DNA from: an uncultured Solirubrobacterales bacterium
Lineage (GTDB): Bacteria > Actinomycetota > Thermoleophilia > Solirubrobacterales > Solirubrobacteraceae
Direction: 5' to 3'
Assembly (NCBI GenBank): GCA_963831945.1
Contig: CAWHSC010000003.1
Coordinates: forward strand, 1,694,519 to 1,758,518
Length of the DNA: 64,000 nt
The translations under genes were made by a program, and so were the position numbers. Below, piece after piece: positions 9,803-21,142 of the stretch (position 1 is the first letter of the stretch; each line of letters opens with the position of its first letter). The notes beneath the pieces were generated by a model. It did not search any database. It had not been told where the DNA came from and was given only the letters and a program-made list of their open reading frames with translations.

Positions 9803-9875
9803 AGCCGACGCGGGGACTCGAACCCCGGACCCCTTCATTACGAGTGAAGTGCTCTACCAGCTGAGCTACGTCGGC
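9803..9875 (-). tRNA. tRNA-Thr(CGU)
   Basis: GCCGACGTAGCTCAGCTGGTAGAGCACTTCACT-CGT-AATGAAGGGGTCCGGGGTTCGAGTCCCCGCGTCGGCT folds as a cloverleaf; CCA not encoded. Confidence 0.97.
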
Positions 9876-10035
9876 GTTTGGCTCTACGGTGCGGTTTCTG
9901 CCCGCCTTGGCTGCAACGGGAAGTATCGCAGGAACCTCTATGGAATGCCGACTGTGCCTGGCCGTGCTGGGCAGGGGGGCGCTCGTGACCGCACTCCCAC
10001 TACAAGTTGGTATGGTGCCGTCGCGTTGGGCAGCT

Positions 10036-13000
10036 ATGAGGACGAAAGATTTGGGGGCGGGGGGCGCCATCCGCGGCTGCCCACATAGACCGCTAGACGC
10101 GCGTCTCGCGAGGCGTTCGCGGCTGCGGCTGCGGCTGCGGCAATGGTCCGCGCAGTCGCGGGGCGACGTGCTCGCGTTGGCGCTCGTGCTCGGGGTGTCC
10201 GGTGCTCTGCTCACGGCTGGCTCGGCGGTTGCGGCCGACTTCACTTGGGCCGGCGCCGAACCGCTTGGCACACCCGACTGGTCGCACGGAGGCAACTGGG
10301 AAGGGGGGGTCGCCCCCTTCGGCAGCGTCGGCACGCTCACCTTCCCCGGCCTCCTCGGCGAACCGTGCCCGGAACTTGTCCATACGTGCTACCAGAGCAG
10401 TGACGATATACCCGGCCTGGACGTCAACAGGATGTCGTTTGGAGGTGACACCAGTGCTCAGTACGCCATCGGCGGCGAAGCACTGACGCTTGGCGCAGGC
10501 GGCCTAACTGCGGCCATGACTTCGGGCGACGGCGTGGGTTACGCAACATTGACCCTTCCGATCACGCTTGGCGCCCCGCAGGTGTGGTCCATCGACGGCA
10601 ACAACAACGGCAGCGGAATCGACATCGCAGATGGAGGTAGAGTCGAGGGGCCAGCGGAGTCGTTGGCCGTTCACCTCAGTTCGTTGGCCGCCCTGCGCAT
10701 CGAGGAAGGCGATATGGAGGCTGGCCCTATCACGATCACTGGCGCCAATTCGGGCTTTTCAGGGGTCGAAGCAAGTCTCAACGGCGAAGTGGCTCTCGGC
10801 AGCTACGAAGCGCACTCCGAGCGAGTCGTTGGTCACAAAAGTGCTGTCCACGCTGCCGACGCATCGCCCTCGAGCTTCCTGAACGCCACTGACAAGAATG
10901 CTGTCGACATCACCGACGTATCGCTCACGAGTTTCACCGGCGATATTGGCCCGTTGACGTCAACTGGCGGCCTTCTCGACATCGAGGAAACCCTCACCGT
11001 CGCGGGCGGTGTAACGCTCGACCCAACAAGTGAGTTGGAGCTTCACCTCGGCTCGCAGCTCACCGCCACCGGCAACGTCAACCTGGGAAACGCCAAACTA
11101 TCGCTGCCTGGTTCAGCGTGCGGCAGTCCTGTGCCTGGCGAAGTGTACACGCTGGTCAGCACCTCGGGCTCGGTGTCGAGTACATTTGGCGGTATACCAA
11201 ATGGCGGCACAATCGAACAAAAAGATGGGTACTGCACCAACGAATACGCGGCCCTGAGAATCAACTACACGGCTCATGCGGTCACCGCGACTGTGGTACG
11301 CTCGAGCTACTCCCGTCCCCCCGACGGCGGAGCGCTGACATTGCTTGAATTGCTTTCCGGCGCCGACAACCCGTCGGAGTTCTGCCCGTTGTGTTTCCTC
11401 CGGAGGCTCATCTCGTTCGTTTCGCCGGTCGATGCCCCCACCGGCAATTTTTGGCACACCTTCGATGACCTCAGTGTTCCGGGTCGTGGCATTCCGCTCG
11501 ATCTGACGCGCACGTACAACTCGATGTCAGCGGCGACCGACGGGCCGCTTGGCTTTGGGTGGTCATTTCCGTATGACATGTCGCTCAGCTTCCCTGACGC
11601 GACACACGTAGTCGTCAATCAAGAAAACGGCTCGCAGGTCACCTTCACCGAACAGTCCGGCGGCACGTACACGGCGCCGCCACGGGTCACCGCTGCCTTG
11701 GTGCACAACGAAGACGGCTCTTGGACGTTCGTACGACGGCATAGCGACACGTTCTCCTTTGACAGCAGCGGCAGGCTGACGCAAGAGCAGGACCTCAACG
11801 GCTACGTCACCGCCTTGGCGTACAACGGGTCCGGCCAACTCGCCACCGTCACCGACCCGGCGGGGCGAAAACTGACCTTCGCATACACAGGAGACCACAT
11901 CAGCTCTGTGACGGACCCGCTCGGGCGGGTTGTGAGGTATGCGTACGACGGCGAAGGCAACCTCACAGACGTCACCGATGTCAACGGCGGCGACACGCAC
12001 TTCACCTACGACACGCAACACCGGATGCTCACCATGCGATTCCCGGATCAGGCGCCGGGAGTTCCGGGCTCGACGGGCGCGGTCGTGAGCAACAGGTACG
12101 ACGCTCAGGGCCGGGTGATCGAACAGACCGACCAGCTCGGGCGGACCACAAAATTCGCATACACCGGTGAAACGCTTGGTGAAGCCGGCGGCACGACTAC
12201 GATCACTGATCCCAAGGGCGCCGTTACGGTGCAGAACTACCAATACGGCGAGCTTCTGTCGGAGACCAAGGGGTACGGCACGCCGCAGGCCGCGACCTGG
12301 ACGTTCGGCTACGACCCGGCGACGCTAGGCATGACCAGCGTGACCGATCCTGACGGCCACACAACGACATCCACCTTTGACAGCGAAGGCAACACGTTGA
12401 CGACGACCGACGCGCTCGGCCGCACCACCACGAACACGTACGACTCGCTCAACGACCTCCTGACAAGCACCGACCCGCTCGGGGTCACGACGACGATGAC
12501 CTACGACGCTCACGGCCACCTGCTCAGCACCTCACGTCCACTCACCGGGACCTCCGAAGCCCAGACGACGACCTACACCTACGGCGACTCCTCGCACCCC
12601 GGCGATGTCACGGCGATGACCGACCCCGAAGGCAACACCTGGAAATACACCTACGACGCCGACGGCAATCGTAGTCTCGACCACCGATCCCCTGGGGGAC
12701 AAGCGACCTCCACTTACAACGCGATCGGCTGGTTGATGAGCACCACGAGTCCGCGCGGCAACGCGGGAGGCGCAAACCCAGCCGGCTTCACCACGACGTA
12801 CGCCCACAACAACTTCGGGCAGATGACCGAAACCGTTGACCCGCTCGGGCACAAGACCACCAGCCAATACGACCCCGACCAGAACCTCATCGCCTCCACC
12901 GACGCCGACGGCAACACGACGACCTACACGTACGATGCGGCCGACGAGCAGACCGCCGTCCACCGTGCCGACGGCACGACGCTGCAAACCACCTACTGGC

Positions 13001-15850
13001 CCGACGGCACGGTCGAGGAACAGATCGACGGCGCCGGCCACGCCACCCTCTACGAATACGACCCGCTCGGCCGCGTGTCCGCGGTCACCGACCCGTTGGG
13101 CCGCACCACGCGCTACGGCTACGACCCGGCTGGCAACGGGGTCACGCGTCACCGACCCCGAAGGGCGCGTCACGACGACCACCTACGACGCTGTCGACGA
13201 GCCGACCTCGATCACGTACAGCGACGGCAAGACCCCGAACGTCACCGGCATCACCTACGACGCCGACGGCCAGCGGACCGGGATGACCGACGGCAGCGGC
13301 ACGTGGTCGTGGACGTGGGATTCGCTGCACCGCCTCACGAGCGTCACCGAGGGCGACAACGGCACGGTCAAATATCAGTACGACCTGCGCGACGACCCGA
13401 CGACGATCACCTACCCCGACGGGCACTCCGTGACACGCGGCTACGACGCCGCCGGGCGCTGGACCGGCGTGACCGACTGGCTGGGCAACACCACGACCTT
13501 CGGTTACGACTCCGACGGCAACCTGACCACGGAGACGCTGCCGAGCGCCACAGGCATCACGGACACCTCGACGTACGCCGACGACGACACGCTCAGCTCG
13601 ATCAGCGACACCGCGGCGGGGACACGTCTGTTTGCGGCCAACTACTCGCGGGACGCAGACGGGCAACTCACAGGCGACAGCTCGCAGCCCGAATCCGAAG
13701 CGGGTATGGATACACCGCGCTCAACCAGCTCTGCTACGCGAGGCACCGGCACGGGGTCCTGCGCCTCGCCCCCGCCGGGCGCCGCCCAGTACCAGTACGA
13801 CAGCGCGGACAACCTCACGGCGATGGGGGCCACGACACAGACCTTTGACGCCGCGGATGAGCTTACGAGCACGTCCGCACCTTCCAGCGGTGGTGAACCT
13901 GGCGGAGGCACCGAACCTGGGGGAGGCAACGAAATCAAAGGGACCACCCCCGGCGCTGGGGGACTGCTCACGAAAGTCAACGGCGAAGCACACCCTAACG
14001 GCGGCACACTGGCCTATACCGCGGAACGAGCCCTCCCCTCCGTGACCAGCGGCAGGGTCTCGTTTGCCCACAACCGCGGACGCGGCGGGAAGATCTCACA
14101 GCTCGTCTCGACCCGCACTGCCGGCGATCTCCTGCTCGCATTCGTATCGGCGAAGGAGCCTCGACGGGGCGGACAGCGCGTCACCGTCATCAACGGCGGG
14201 GGCCTTGAGTGGCGTACGGTCACGAGCGCGTCATCTTCCAGTGGTTACGTCTCTGTCTGGCAGGCCAGGGCTTCTCGGCCTCTCAAGCGTACGCGCGTCA
14301 CCGTCAAAATGGGCACGACTGGACTTCCGATCGCGCTCGCCGTTGTGGGCTTTGACAGCGGGGCCTCTGTGGCGAACGTCGCGCGAGCAAGTCGACGCTC
14401 CGGTGCCACGCACGTCACCTCGATCGTCCCCGCCGACGCCGTTGTCTGGGCAGTCGGGCAGGACGCTCTCGGGCACGCCAAGCTCAAGCCGCTGCACGGG
14501 CAGACGGTCATCACGAAAGTCAGCGCTCCGGGCAGCGCCGTCTCCTGGCTGCAGACCGGCGCTCCTCCATCGACCGGGCGGTTGGTGATCGGGGACTCCA
14601 CGCCACGGTCATCCAATTGGGCGCTCGGAGCCGTGACCATCCAGGAGCGCTCTGCTGTTGCGGCACAACTCGCTCGCCGGGCTGCACCATCGCTCGGCGC
14701 TGCTCTTCCGGCTGGAGAGAGCGCCCTGCTGATGCCTCTTGCGTCTCCAGCGCACGACGCCGTTGCGGGCGCTCAACCGCTTGCGAGCCCGTCAGGAGAC
14801 GAAACCAGCACGTTCTCGTACGACGCCGAGGGCGATCGAACCGGCGAGAATTCCAGCAGTGGCGCGTCCCAGACCTACTCCTACAATCAAGCTCTGGAGT
14901 TGACGGGCATCGGCAGCGAAGTGTCGTACGCCTACAACGGGGACGGGTTGCGCATGTCCAAGACCGTGGGTGCTGCGACGACGCCGTTCACGTGGGACGT
15001 GGCCGGCGGACTGCCGTCCGTCCTCGAAGACGGCACCAACGCCTACGTGTACGGCCCCGGCGAACTTCCTTTGGAGCAGATCAGCGGCAGTACCGCGCTC
15101 TGGTTCCACCACGACCAACTCGGCAGTACACGACTGCTGACTAACGCGGGCGGCCAGACGGTTGCCACATACGCATACACGCCATATGGCGGCCTGTCGA
15201 GCTCGTCTGGCACTGCTTCTACACCGCTGCTCTACGCCGGTCAATACCGCGATGGCGAAAGCGGACTGTATTATCTTCGCGCGCGGTACTACGATCCGAC
15301 GACTGGACAGTTCCTCACGAGAGACCCAGCCCTCAGTGTGACTCGCAGTCCATACGCATATGGCGGGAATGATTCGGTCAACGTCAGCGACCCGAGCGGC
15401 CTCCGGCCGATTGAAGAATACGACTCATCCACCGGCTCGGCTGCGGCAAACCCGTCCACCGGACCGTCGGTAGTGAATACTGGGCCAACCTGCGACAGAG
15501 AGGTTGACAACGCACCGCCACAATCAGGCTACGGTAACGAGTATGTAAATGGGGTGGAGCTCGACCAGAGCGCCCCAGGCTCTTCCACGTACGTGGTCCG
15601 TGGACCTATGCCGGGCTATCAATGGAACTTGGAGTATTGGGTGATCGAGTACGGTAACCGACCGATTCCTCTGGCAGGGCCAGGCGCCATGGTTCATAGG
15701 AATCCGAACGGCTACGGTTGGCTTGACGACGCCGGTGATCCCGTGTGGATCTATGCAAATCCGGATCACGTCAACAACGTTATTATCGCCGATCCGCCTG
15801 CCGGGGACACGAGCGGAGGGGTGCTCAACTTCCTCTCCAACCTTTTCTGA
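10036..15850 (+). CDS. Secreted RHS/YD-repeat protein (~1930 aa; frameshift near 13140 and locally compensated shifts near 12670 and 13710)
   Basis: Signal peptide ending AVA/ADFTW; DUF6531-like PVDAPTGNF...LTRTYNS...GFGWS; many YD repeats; core GLYYLRARYYDPTTGQFLTRDP...YAYGGNDSVNVSDPSG. Confidence 0.9.
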
Positions 15851-15853
15851 GGC

Positions 15854-17926
15854 TCACAGCGCCCCCAGCGCCTCCAGCAATGACTCGCCGTGCTTCTCGC
15901 AGAAGGCGGGGCCGATGCCGCGGATCTCGATTAGCTCCTCGTTGTTCATCGGGCGGCGGCGCAATATCTCCTCTAGGACTGTATTTGCCGCGACCGTGAA
16001 TGCTGGCTTGCCTTCCGCCTGGCCGAGGCGCCACTCCCTCAGCTTCTCGTACTGCGCCTCGTCCACGGGCTCGGGGGGCTCCGCGGCGCCGTTGTGCTCA
16101 GGCCCGTCAGCGCCGTTGAGCGCCGGCCCCATATGGCCGTTGAGGGCCAGCCCTTTGGAGCCGTTGAGCGCCGGCCCCGGCGCGCCGCCGTTTCTGCTGG
16201 CACCGTTCGCGCCTGCCCGCGCTCCTCGCCCGCTCCGGGCCGCCTTGGTGCTCGTGCTCCCCGCCAGCGCTTGCTCCAGCTCTCTGTCGGGGTCGCACAC
16301 GCTGCAGCAGCGGCCCTCTCTGGCTCCTTCCTTTTTGTCGCCGAAATGCTCGAGGATCTGGCGCCTTCGGCATTCATTGCCGTTGGCTATGAACCGCTCG
16401 ATCGCTCTATATGACTCCCAGCCGCGGTCCTTTGCCGCCTTGATCGCCTGATACGCCGCGCGGCCGTCGATGTCGCCGGTCAAGCGCACTCGCAGCACTC
16501 CTCTTGCGCCCGGCTGGAGCTCGGCTGCGCCGGCTCGCTCGGCGATCGACATCAGCACTCGCTCGGTGTCGTCCAGTTCCCCCGGTGCGATCTCCACCAC
16601 GCCTTTTTGCGCCTGGCCATTCAGGCGATTTGTGTACGCGCGCACGTCTTCGACGCTTGTCTGGCGCCCGGTGTTGAAGCGGATCAGCCTTCCCAGATCC
16701 ATCCTCGACGCGAGCAGCATCGCCCTTGCCGGCTCTCCGTCGCGGCCTCCGCGGCCCGCCTCCTGGTAGTACGCCTCAAGGCTTGTCGGCACCGCCCAAT
16801 GCGCCACGGTCCGCACGTCCGCCTTGTCGACTCCCATCCCGAACGCGTTCGTGGCGACCACCACCTCGGCCTTGCCGCTCATGAACTCATCCTGCGCTTT
16901 GCGGCGGTCTTCCGGGCGCATTCCCGCGTGATACGCGACCGTCCTTATTCCCCTCGCGGCGATCGTCTCCGCTACCTCCTCGGTGTCTTTTCGCGTCCCG
17001 CAGTACACGATCGCTGGTCTCGCCTCAGGGCTCGTTATCACATGCATCAGCGCGGCCCGCTTGCGCGCCACCGCGCCCTTTCCCTCCACGCTGACCACGT
17101 CAAACGCGATATTCGGCCTGTCGAAGCCGGAGCTCACCGACACCCACTCCCGCAACCCCAGCTTCGCGGCGATCTCCTTCGCCACCCTTGGGGTCGCCGT
17201 CGCCGTTGCGGCCATCACCGGTGGCCTTCCCAGCGCCGCTATCGCCCCATGCAGTCGCAAGTAGTCGGGGCGGAAATCGTGGCCCCACTCGGCCACGCAA
17301 TGCGCCTCGTCGACTACGAACAGCCCCACCTTGCGCGTTGCGACTGCCTCTCTGAACGCTCGCGATCCGAACCGCTCCGGGGCCGCCAGCACCAGCTGTG
17401 CCCAGCCCGACTCGATATCCAGCAGCGCCCTTCCGTTATGCCCCTCCTCCATCCCCGACGCGAGCATCACCGCGTTCACGCCGGTCTCCTTGAGGCGCTT
17501 CCACTGGTCGTTCATCAGCGCTATCAGTGGGCTCACCACGACCACGAGGCCCATTCCCGCGAGCGCTGGCAGCTGATAGCAGAGCGACTTCCCCGCGCCG
17601 GTCGGCATCACCACGAGGGTGTCCCTCCCCTCGAGCGCCGCGGCCACCGCCTCCCTCTGGCCGGCGCGAAACGCTTTTAGCCCGAAGCGCCTCAGCAGCT
17701 CCTCGGGAGCCGGCGGGGCCTCTTCGCTCTCCGCCTCTTTGTCCACCAGCTCGCGCAGCTCGCCCGCCGGGCCCCGCACTTCCGCTCGCTGTTCGGCGTC
17801 GAGCACCTCCCACACCTCCCGGGCCTGGCTCAGCACGCCGCGCGCGCGGGCGTACGCCAGCCGGTCGCCCGGACTTTCAACGAGCTTTTGCTTTGCGGCT
17901 TCGATCGCCTTCAGGATTTCCTTCAT
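15854..17926 (-). CDS. recQ: RecQ-family ATP-dependent DNA helicase with HRDC domain
   Basis: MPTGAGKSLCYQ, VDEAHC, WGHDFRPDY, YQEAGRGGRDG, Zn motif CRR...CCSVC, C-terminal HRDC. Confidence 0.95.
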   Translation of the reverse strand: MKEILKAIEAAKQKLVESPGDRLAYARARGVLSQAREVWEVLDAEQRAEVRGPAGELRELVDKEAESEEAPPAPEELLRRFGLKAFRAGQREAVAAALEGRDTLVVMPTGAGKSLCYQLPALAGMGLVVVVSPLIALMNDQWKRLKETGVNAVMLASGMEEGHNGRALLDIESGWAQLVLAAPERFGSRAFREAVATRKVGLFVVDEAHCVAEWGHDFRPDYLRLHGAIAALGRPPVMAATATATPRVAKEIAAKLGLREWVSVSSGFDRPNIAFDVVSVEGKGAVARKRAALMHVITSPEARPAIVYCGTRKDTEEVAETIAARGIRTVAYHAGMRPEDRRKAQDEFMSGKAEVVVATNAFGMGVDKADVRTVAHWAVPTSLEAYYQEAGRGGRDGEPARAMLLASRMDLGRLIRFNTGRQTSVEDVRAYTNRLNGQAQKGVVEIAPGELDDTERVLMSIAERAGAAELQPGARGVLRVRLTGDIDGRAAYQAIKAAKDRGWESYRAIERFIANGNECRRRQILEHFGDKKEGAREGRCCSVCDPDRELEQALAGSTSTKAARSGRGARAGANGASRNGGAPGPALNGSKGLALNGHMGPALNGADGPEHNGAAEPPEPVDEAQYEKLREWRLGQAEGKPAFTVAANTVLEEILRRRPMNNEELIEIRGIGPAFCEKHGESLLEALGAL

Positions 17927-17966
17927 CCTTGGGACCGTAGCTCCTGCTCCGGCCGGTACGCTCGCC

Positions 17967-19343
17967 TCAGGTGCGTCTGCTCCACACCACGCGCGTGCCC
18001 TCGGCGGGCACCAGCGTGATCGCGCGCCTGCGGATCCGCTCGCCCGCGCGCCTTCGCCTTGGGCGCTCCGGCGGGAGCTTTGGCTCCATCTCTTCGAGGA
18101 TCGTGCGCATCATCAGCTTCATCTCGAGCGTTGCGAACGACGCGCCGATGCAGCGCCTGATCCCGCCGCCGAACGGTATCCACGAGAACGTCTCGGGCTG
18201 GCTGCCCACGAAGCGCTCGGGGCGGAACTCCTCTGGGTCCTCATACACGCTCTTGTCGCGATTCGTCAGCCAGATCGACGGCGCCACCCTTGTCCCCTCT
18301 GGCAGTTCGTGCTCCCCCACGCGCATCGGCTGCTTGAGGATCCGCACCACCATCGGCACCACAGGGCGCACCCGCATCGTCTCGTTGACCACGGCCTGCT
18401 GATACTCCTCGCTCTCGCCCTCGTCGATCTCCGCGATCAGCTTCCTCAGCTTGTCGGGATGCCTGACGAGGCGCTCCACCGCCCACGCCACCGACGTCGC
18501 CGTCGTCTCATGGCCCGCCAGCAGCAGCGTCACGAGCTCGTCGCGCAGCTCCGCGTCGGTCATCGCGACGCCCTCCTCGTCGCGCGCCTGCATCAGCAGC
18601 GACAGAATGTCCTTGCGCTCTTCGAGATCCTCCTGCGCGCGCCGGCGTGCGATCTCCTTGTACGTCACCTCGTCGAGGTGGTCGAGCGCACGCCCGAACG
18701 CCCCTGTTGGGCGCTCCATCGACGGTGCCCGCAACGCGACGAGCAGCAGCATCGGCAGCTTCAGCGGCACGAACAGTCCCCCGATCGCCTCGCGCAGTGG
18801 GTCCATCCGCTCGGCCTCCACGCCGAACACCGCGCGTAGGATCACCTCCAGCGTGATCGCCCTTGTTCGCTCCTGCAGGCTCATCGGCGTCCCCGTTGGC
18901 CACGTCTTCATATCGCGCTTCGTGGCCTCGACGATCGTCTCCTCGTACTCCTTCATCCGCTCGCCATGGAAGGGGGGCAGCAGCAGCCTGCGCTGGCGGA
19001 TGTGCTCCGGGCCGGTCAGTGTCAACACCGAGCTCGGCCCCATCACCGGGGCAACGGGCGAGATGCCCGCCGCCGAAGGCGCGACCTCCGGTGATGCCGT
19101 GAACACCTGCTTGACCCGCTCGGCCCCGCTGACGACCACGATCTTCCTTCCGCTCGGGAAGAACCGCACCGTGAACTCCTCGCCGTACCGCCTGCTGCAG
19201 TAGTCGAGCATCCACGGCATCGCTACCGCCCACACGACCGTCTGCACGGCCGCCGGCCAACGCGGGCCCGGGGGCACCGTTGTCGTTGCTGTCGTCGTTG
19301 TTCTCGGCTGCTCTGCCGCGGGTAGTGTTGCTGCGCTTGCCAC
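17967..19343 (-). CDS. Cytochrome P450
   Basis: LLAGHETTA, ETMR, FRPERF, PFGGGIRRCIG. Confidence 0.97.
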   Translation of the reverse strand: MASAATLPAAEQPRTTTTATTTVPPGPRWPAAVQTVVWAVAMPWMLDYCSRRYGEEFTVRFFPSGRKIVVVSGAERVKQVFTASPEVAPSAAGISPVAPVMGPSSVLTLTGPEHIRQRRLLLPPFHGERMKEYEETIVEATKRDMKTWPTGTPMSLQERTRAITLEVILRAVFGVEAERMDPLREAIGGLFVPLKLPMLLLVALRAPSMERPTGAFGRALDHLDEVTYKEIARRRAQEDLEERKDILSLLMQARDEEGVAMTDAELRDELVTLLLAGHETTATSVAWAVERLVRHPDKLRKLIAEIDEGESEEYQQAVVNETMRVRPVVPMVVRILKQPMRVGEHELPEGTRVAPSIWLTNRDKSVYEDPEEFRPERFVGSQPETFSWIPFGGGIRRCIGASFATLEMKLMMRTILEEMEPKLPPERPRRRRAGERIRRRAITLVPAEGTRVVWSRRT

Positions 19344-19383
19344 GCCCCCAGGCTAGCGCGGCGCGGGGCGACCTGCGGGGCGG

Positions 19384-19643
19384 CCCTGGGGGTTGTGTGT
19401 CTTCGTTTTGGGGGCCTATACGCGCGTGCCCGCGTATGCGCGCGATATATGGGGTCTTTTTTGTTGATGTCCCCGCCCGCCCCGGGGGGTTGTGTGTCTT
19501 CGTTCTTGGGGCCTATACCGCGCGTGCGCGCGAGGGCCCGGGGCGTTATGCCTACGTTTGGGGGGCCTATATCGCGCGTGCGCGCGAGGGCCCGGGGGGT
19601 TGTGTCTTTGTTTTTGGGGGCCTATATCGCGCGTGCGAGCGCG
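19384..19643. repeat. Degenerate ~54-bp repeat, 4 copies
   Basis: Unit CCCGGGGGGTTGTGT..TTTGGGGGCCTATATCGCGCGTGCGCGCGAGGG at ~19384, 19481, 19537 and 19591. Confidence 0.85.
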
Positions 19644-20328
19644 TGCGCGCGTGGTGCTCGGCCAGCGCCCGCGCGAGCTTCTCCTGGACGCGCTGCACCG
19701 CCTCGGCGCTCAGGCGTTCCGGCTGGCGGTCCACGTAGCTCAGCAGCATCCTCGCCGGCACCACCCGCACCCCCTTGCGCCGGGTGAGCGGCCGGTCCAC
19801 CCACGCGCGGCTGAACACCACCAGCGGCTCCACGTGCTCGCCCACGATCTCCTCGATCGCTTTGCGCTGTGCCTGCGCCTGGTTCAGCACCCCGCCGTGC
19901 AACCTGCCGATCCGCACGGGACCCGGATGACTCTTGGTCTCGACCGTGAACACCCCTCCGGGGCCGACCAGGATGTGGTCCACGTTGCCCCGCCCGAGGC
20001 TCGCGTCGTGGACCACGTGCCACCCCTGGCCCACCAGCCCCTCCAGCAGCCCCCCCACCTGCTCTTCGCCCTTCGCGCCCCGGTCGTGGCGGTCCACCTG
20101 CGGCAGCACGAAGTGTGAGATCAGGAAGATCCCAGTGAGCATCGCCACCTCCGCCGCCAGGAAGCGCGGGTCCTGCCAGCCGAAGCGCCTGCCCATCAGC
20201 GTCGTCGCCACCGCGAGGCCTCCCAGCATCAGCAGCGTCCGCATCCGCAGTCGCTGCACGATCGAGCGGGTGTACTGCCCGGGCGCCCGGGCCATGGGGT
20301 CGCGTTCGAGGGGCACTCTGTTCGACAT
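19567..20328 (-). CDS. NERD-domain (PD-(D/E)XK) membrane-anchored nuclease-like protein
   Basis: GAKGEEQVG...VVHD...GNVDHILVGPGGVFTVETK; two N-terminal TM segments. Confidence 0.85.
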   Translation of the reverse strand: MSNRVPLERDPMARAPGQYTRSIVQRLRMRTLLMLGGLAVATTLMGRRFGWQDPRFLAAEVAMLTGIFLISHFVLPQVDRHDRGAKGEEQVGGLLEGLVGQGWHVVHDASLGRGNVDHILVGPGGVFTVETKSHPGPVRIGRLHGGVLNQAQAQRKAIEEIVGEHVEPLVVFSRAWVDRPLTRRKGVRVVPARMLLSYVDRQPERLSAEAVQRVQEKLARALAEHHARTRSHARYRPPKTKTQPPGPSRARAI

Positions 20329-20515
20329 CGGCCCTCGCCCGTGGAGGCTTTAGGGTGGGCGGATGGTTCGAATTTGCACCTCCTCGTGTGGACCCGCCCT
20401 CTCGGCGCGGGCAATCCGTTGGGGGGCGCACGGGCCTCCTAAAGCACCCGGCCGCACCCGCCGAGTCCACCTGTGGGCCGCAACAGTCATCCCTCGCGGT
20501 GGCCCACGTGAGTGC

Positions 20516-20941
20516 ATGTCCGAAGACCGTTACCGCATACCCCTCTTGGAGTCCCCGCCAGACGTCTCCCTGCTGCTGCTGGCCCACTCCGAGCAGCACC
20601 TGCTGAGCAGCAAGGTGATACCCGTCGTGCGCCAACTCGAGACCGGCGAGCGGCTGCCCGAGGAGCAGCTCCCCGCGGCGACCGCCTACCTGGAGGTCAT
20701 CTGGGCCGAGGCTGCCGTGCGCGCCCGTCAAACCGACGCCGCGCTGCGCCACCTCGAGGAGGTCGAGCCCGTCCTTCAGCCGCTCCCCGCGCGGGCGCGC
20801 CGTTACCACGCCACCGTGCGGGCCCTCCGTGAAGCCGTCGCGCGGCGGGTCGTGCCGTTGATCGCCGCTGCCGAGCTCTGCGCCGACCGGCAGGGGCGCC
20901 TCTTCGACTGGTCGGAGCGCCTGCCCGACCTCATCCCGTAG
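20516..20941 (+). CDS. Hypothetical helical protein
   Basis: 141-aa ORF with GC3-biased codons. Confidence 0.65.
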   Translation: MSEDRYRIPLLESPPDVSLLLLAHSEQHLLSSKVIPVVRQLETGERLPEEQLPAATAYLEVIWAEAAVRARQTDAALRHLEEVEPVLQPLPARARRYHATVRALREAVARRVVPLIAAAELCADRQGRLFDWSERLPDLIP

Positions 20942-21092
20942 CCGGAGCGCCTGCCCGACCTCATCCCGTAGCCGGAGCGCCTGCCCGACCTCATCCCGTA
21001 GCCGGAGCGCCTGCCCGACCTCATCCCGTAGCCGGAGCGCCTGCCCGACCTCATCCCGTAGCCGGAGCGCCTGCCCGACCTCATCCCGTAGC
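20913..21092. repeat. Perfect 30-bp tandem repeat x6, followed by one degenerate copy to ~21120
   Basis: CGGAGCGCCTGCCCGACCTCATCCCGTAGC repeated head-to-tail with no spacers. Confidence 0.97.
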
Positions 21093-21142
21093 CGGGGCCC
21101 CGGCCCCGACCTCATGCCGTTGGCGGAGCCCCGGCCTCGGAC

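Noticed and set aside
9705-10340. Long N-terminal extension of the integrase (602-aa ORF call)
   Set aside because: It runs through the tRNA and terminator; the real start is near 9704 or 9689
20913-21092. CRISPR array
   Set aside because: Units are head-to-tail with no unique spacers
19622-21115. 497-aa ORF with LRLRDEVGQA repeats
   Set aside because: Shadow ORF produced by the 30-bp repeat, overlapping better-supported genes
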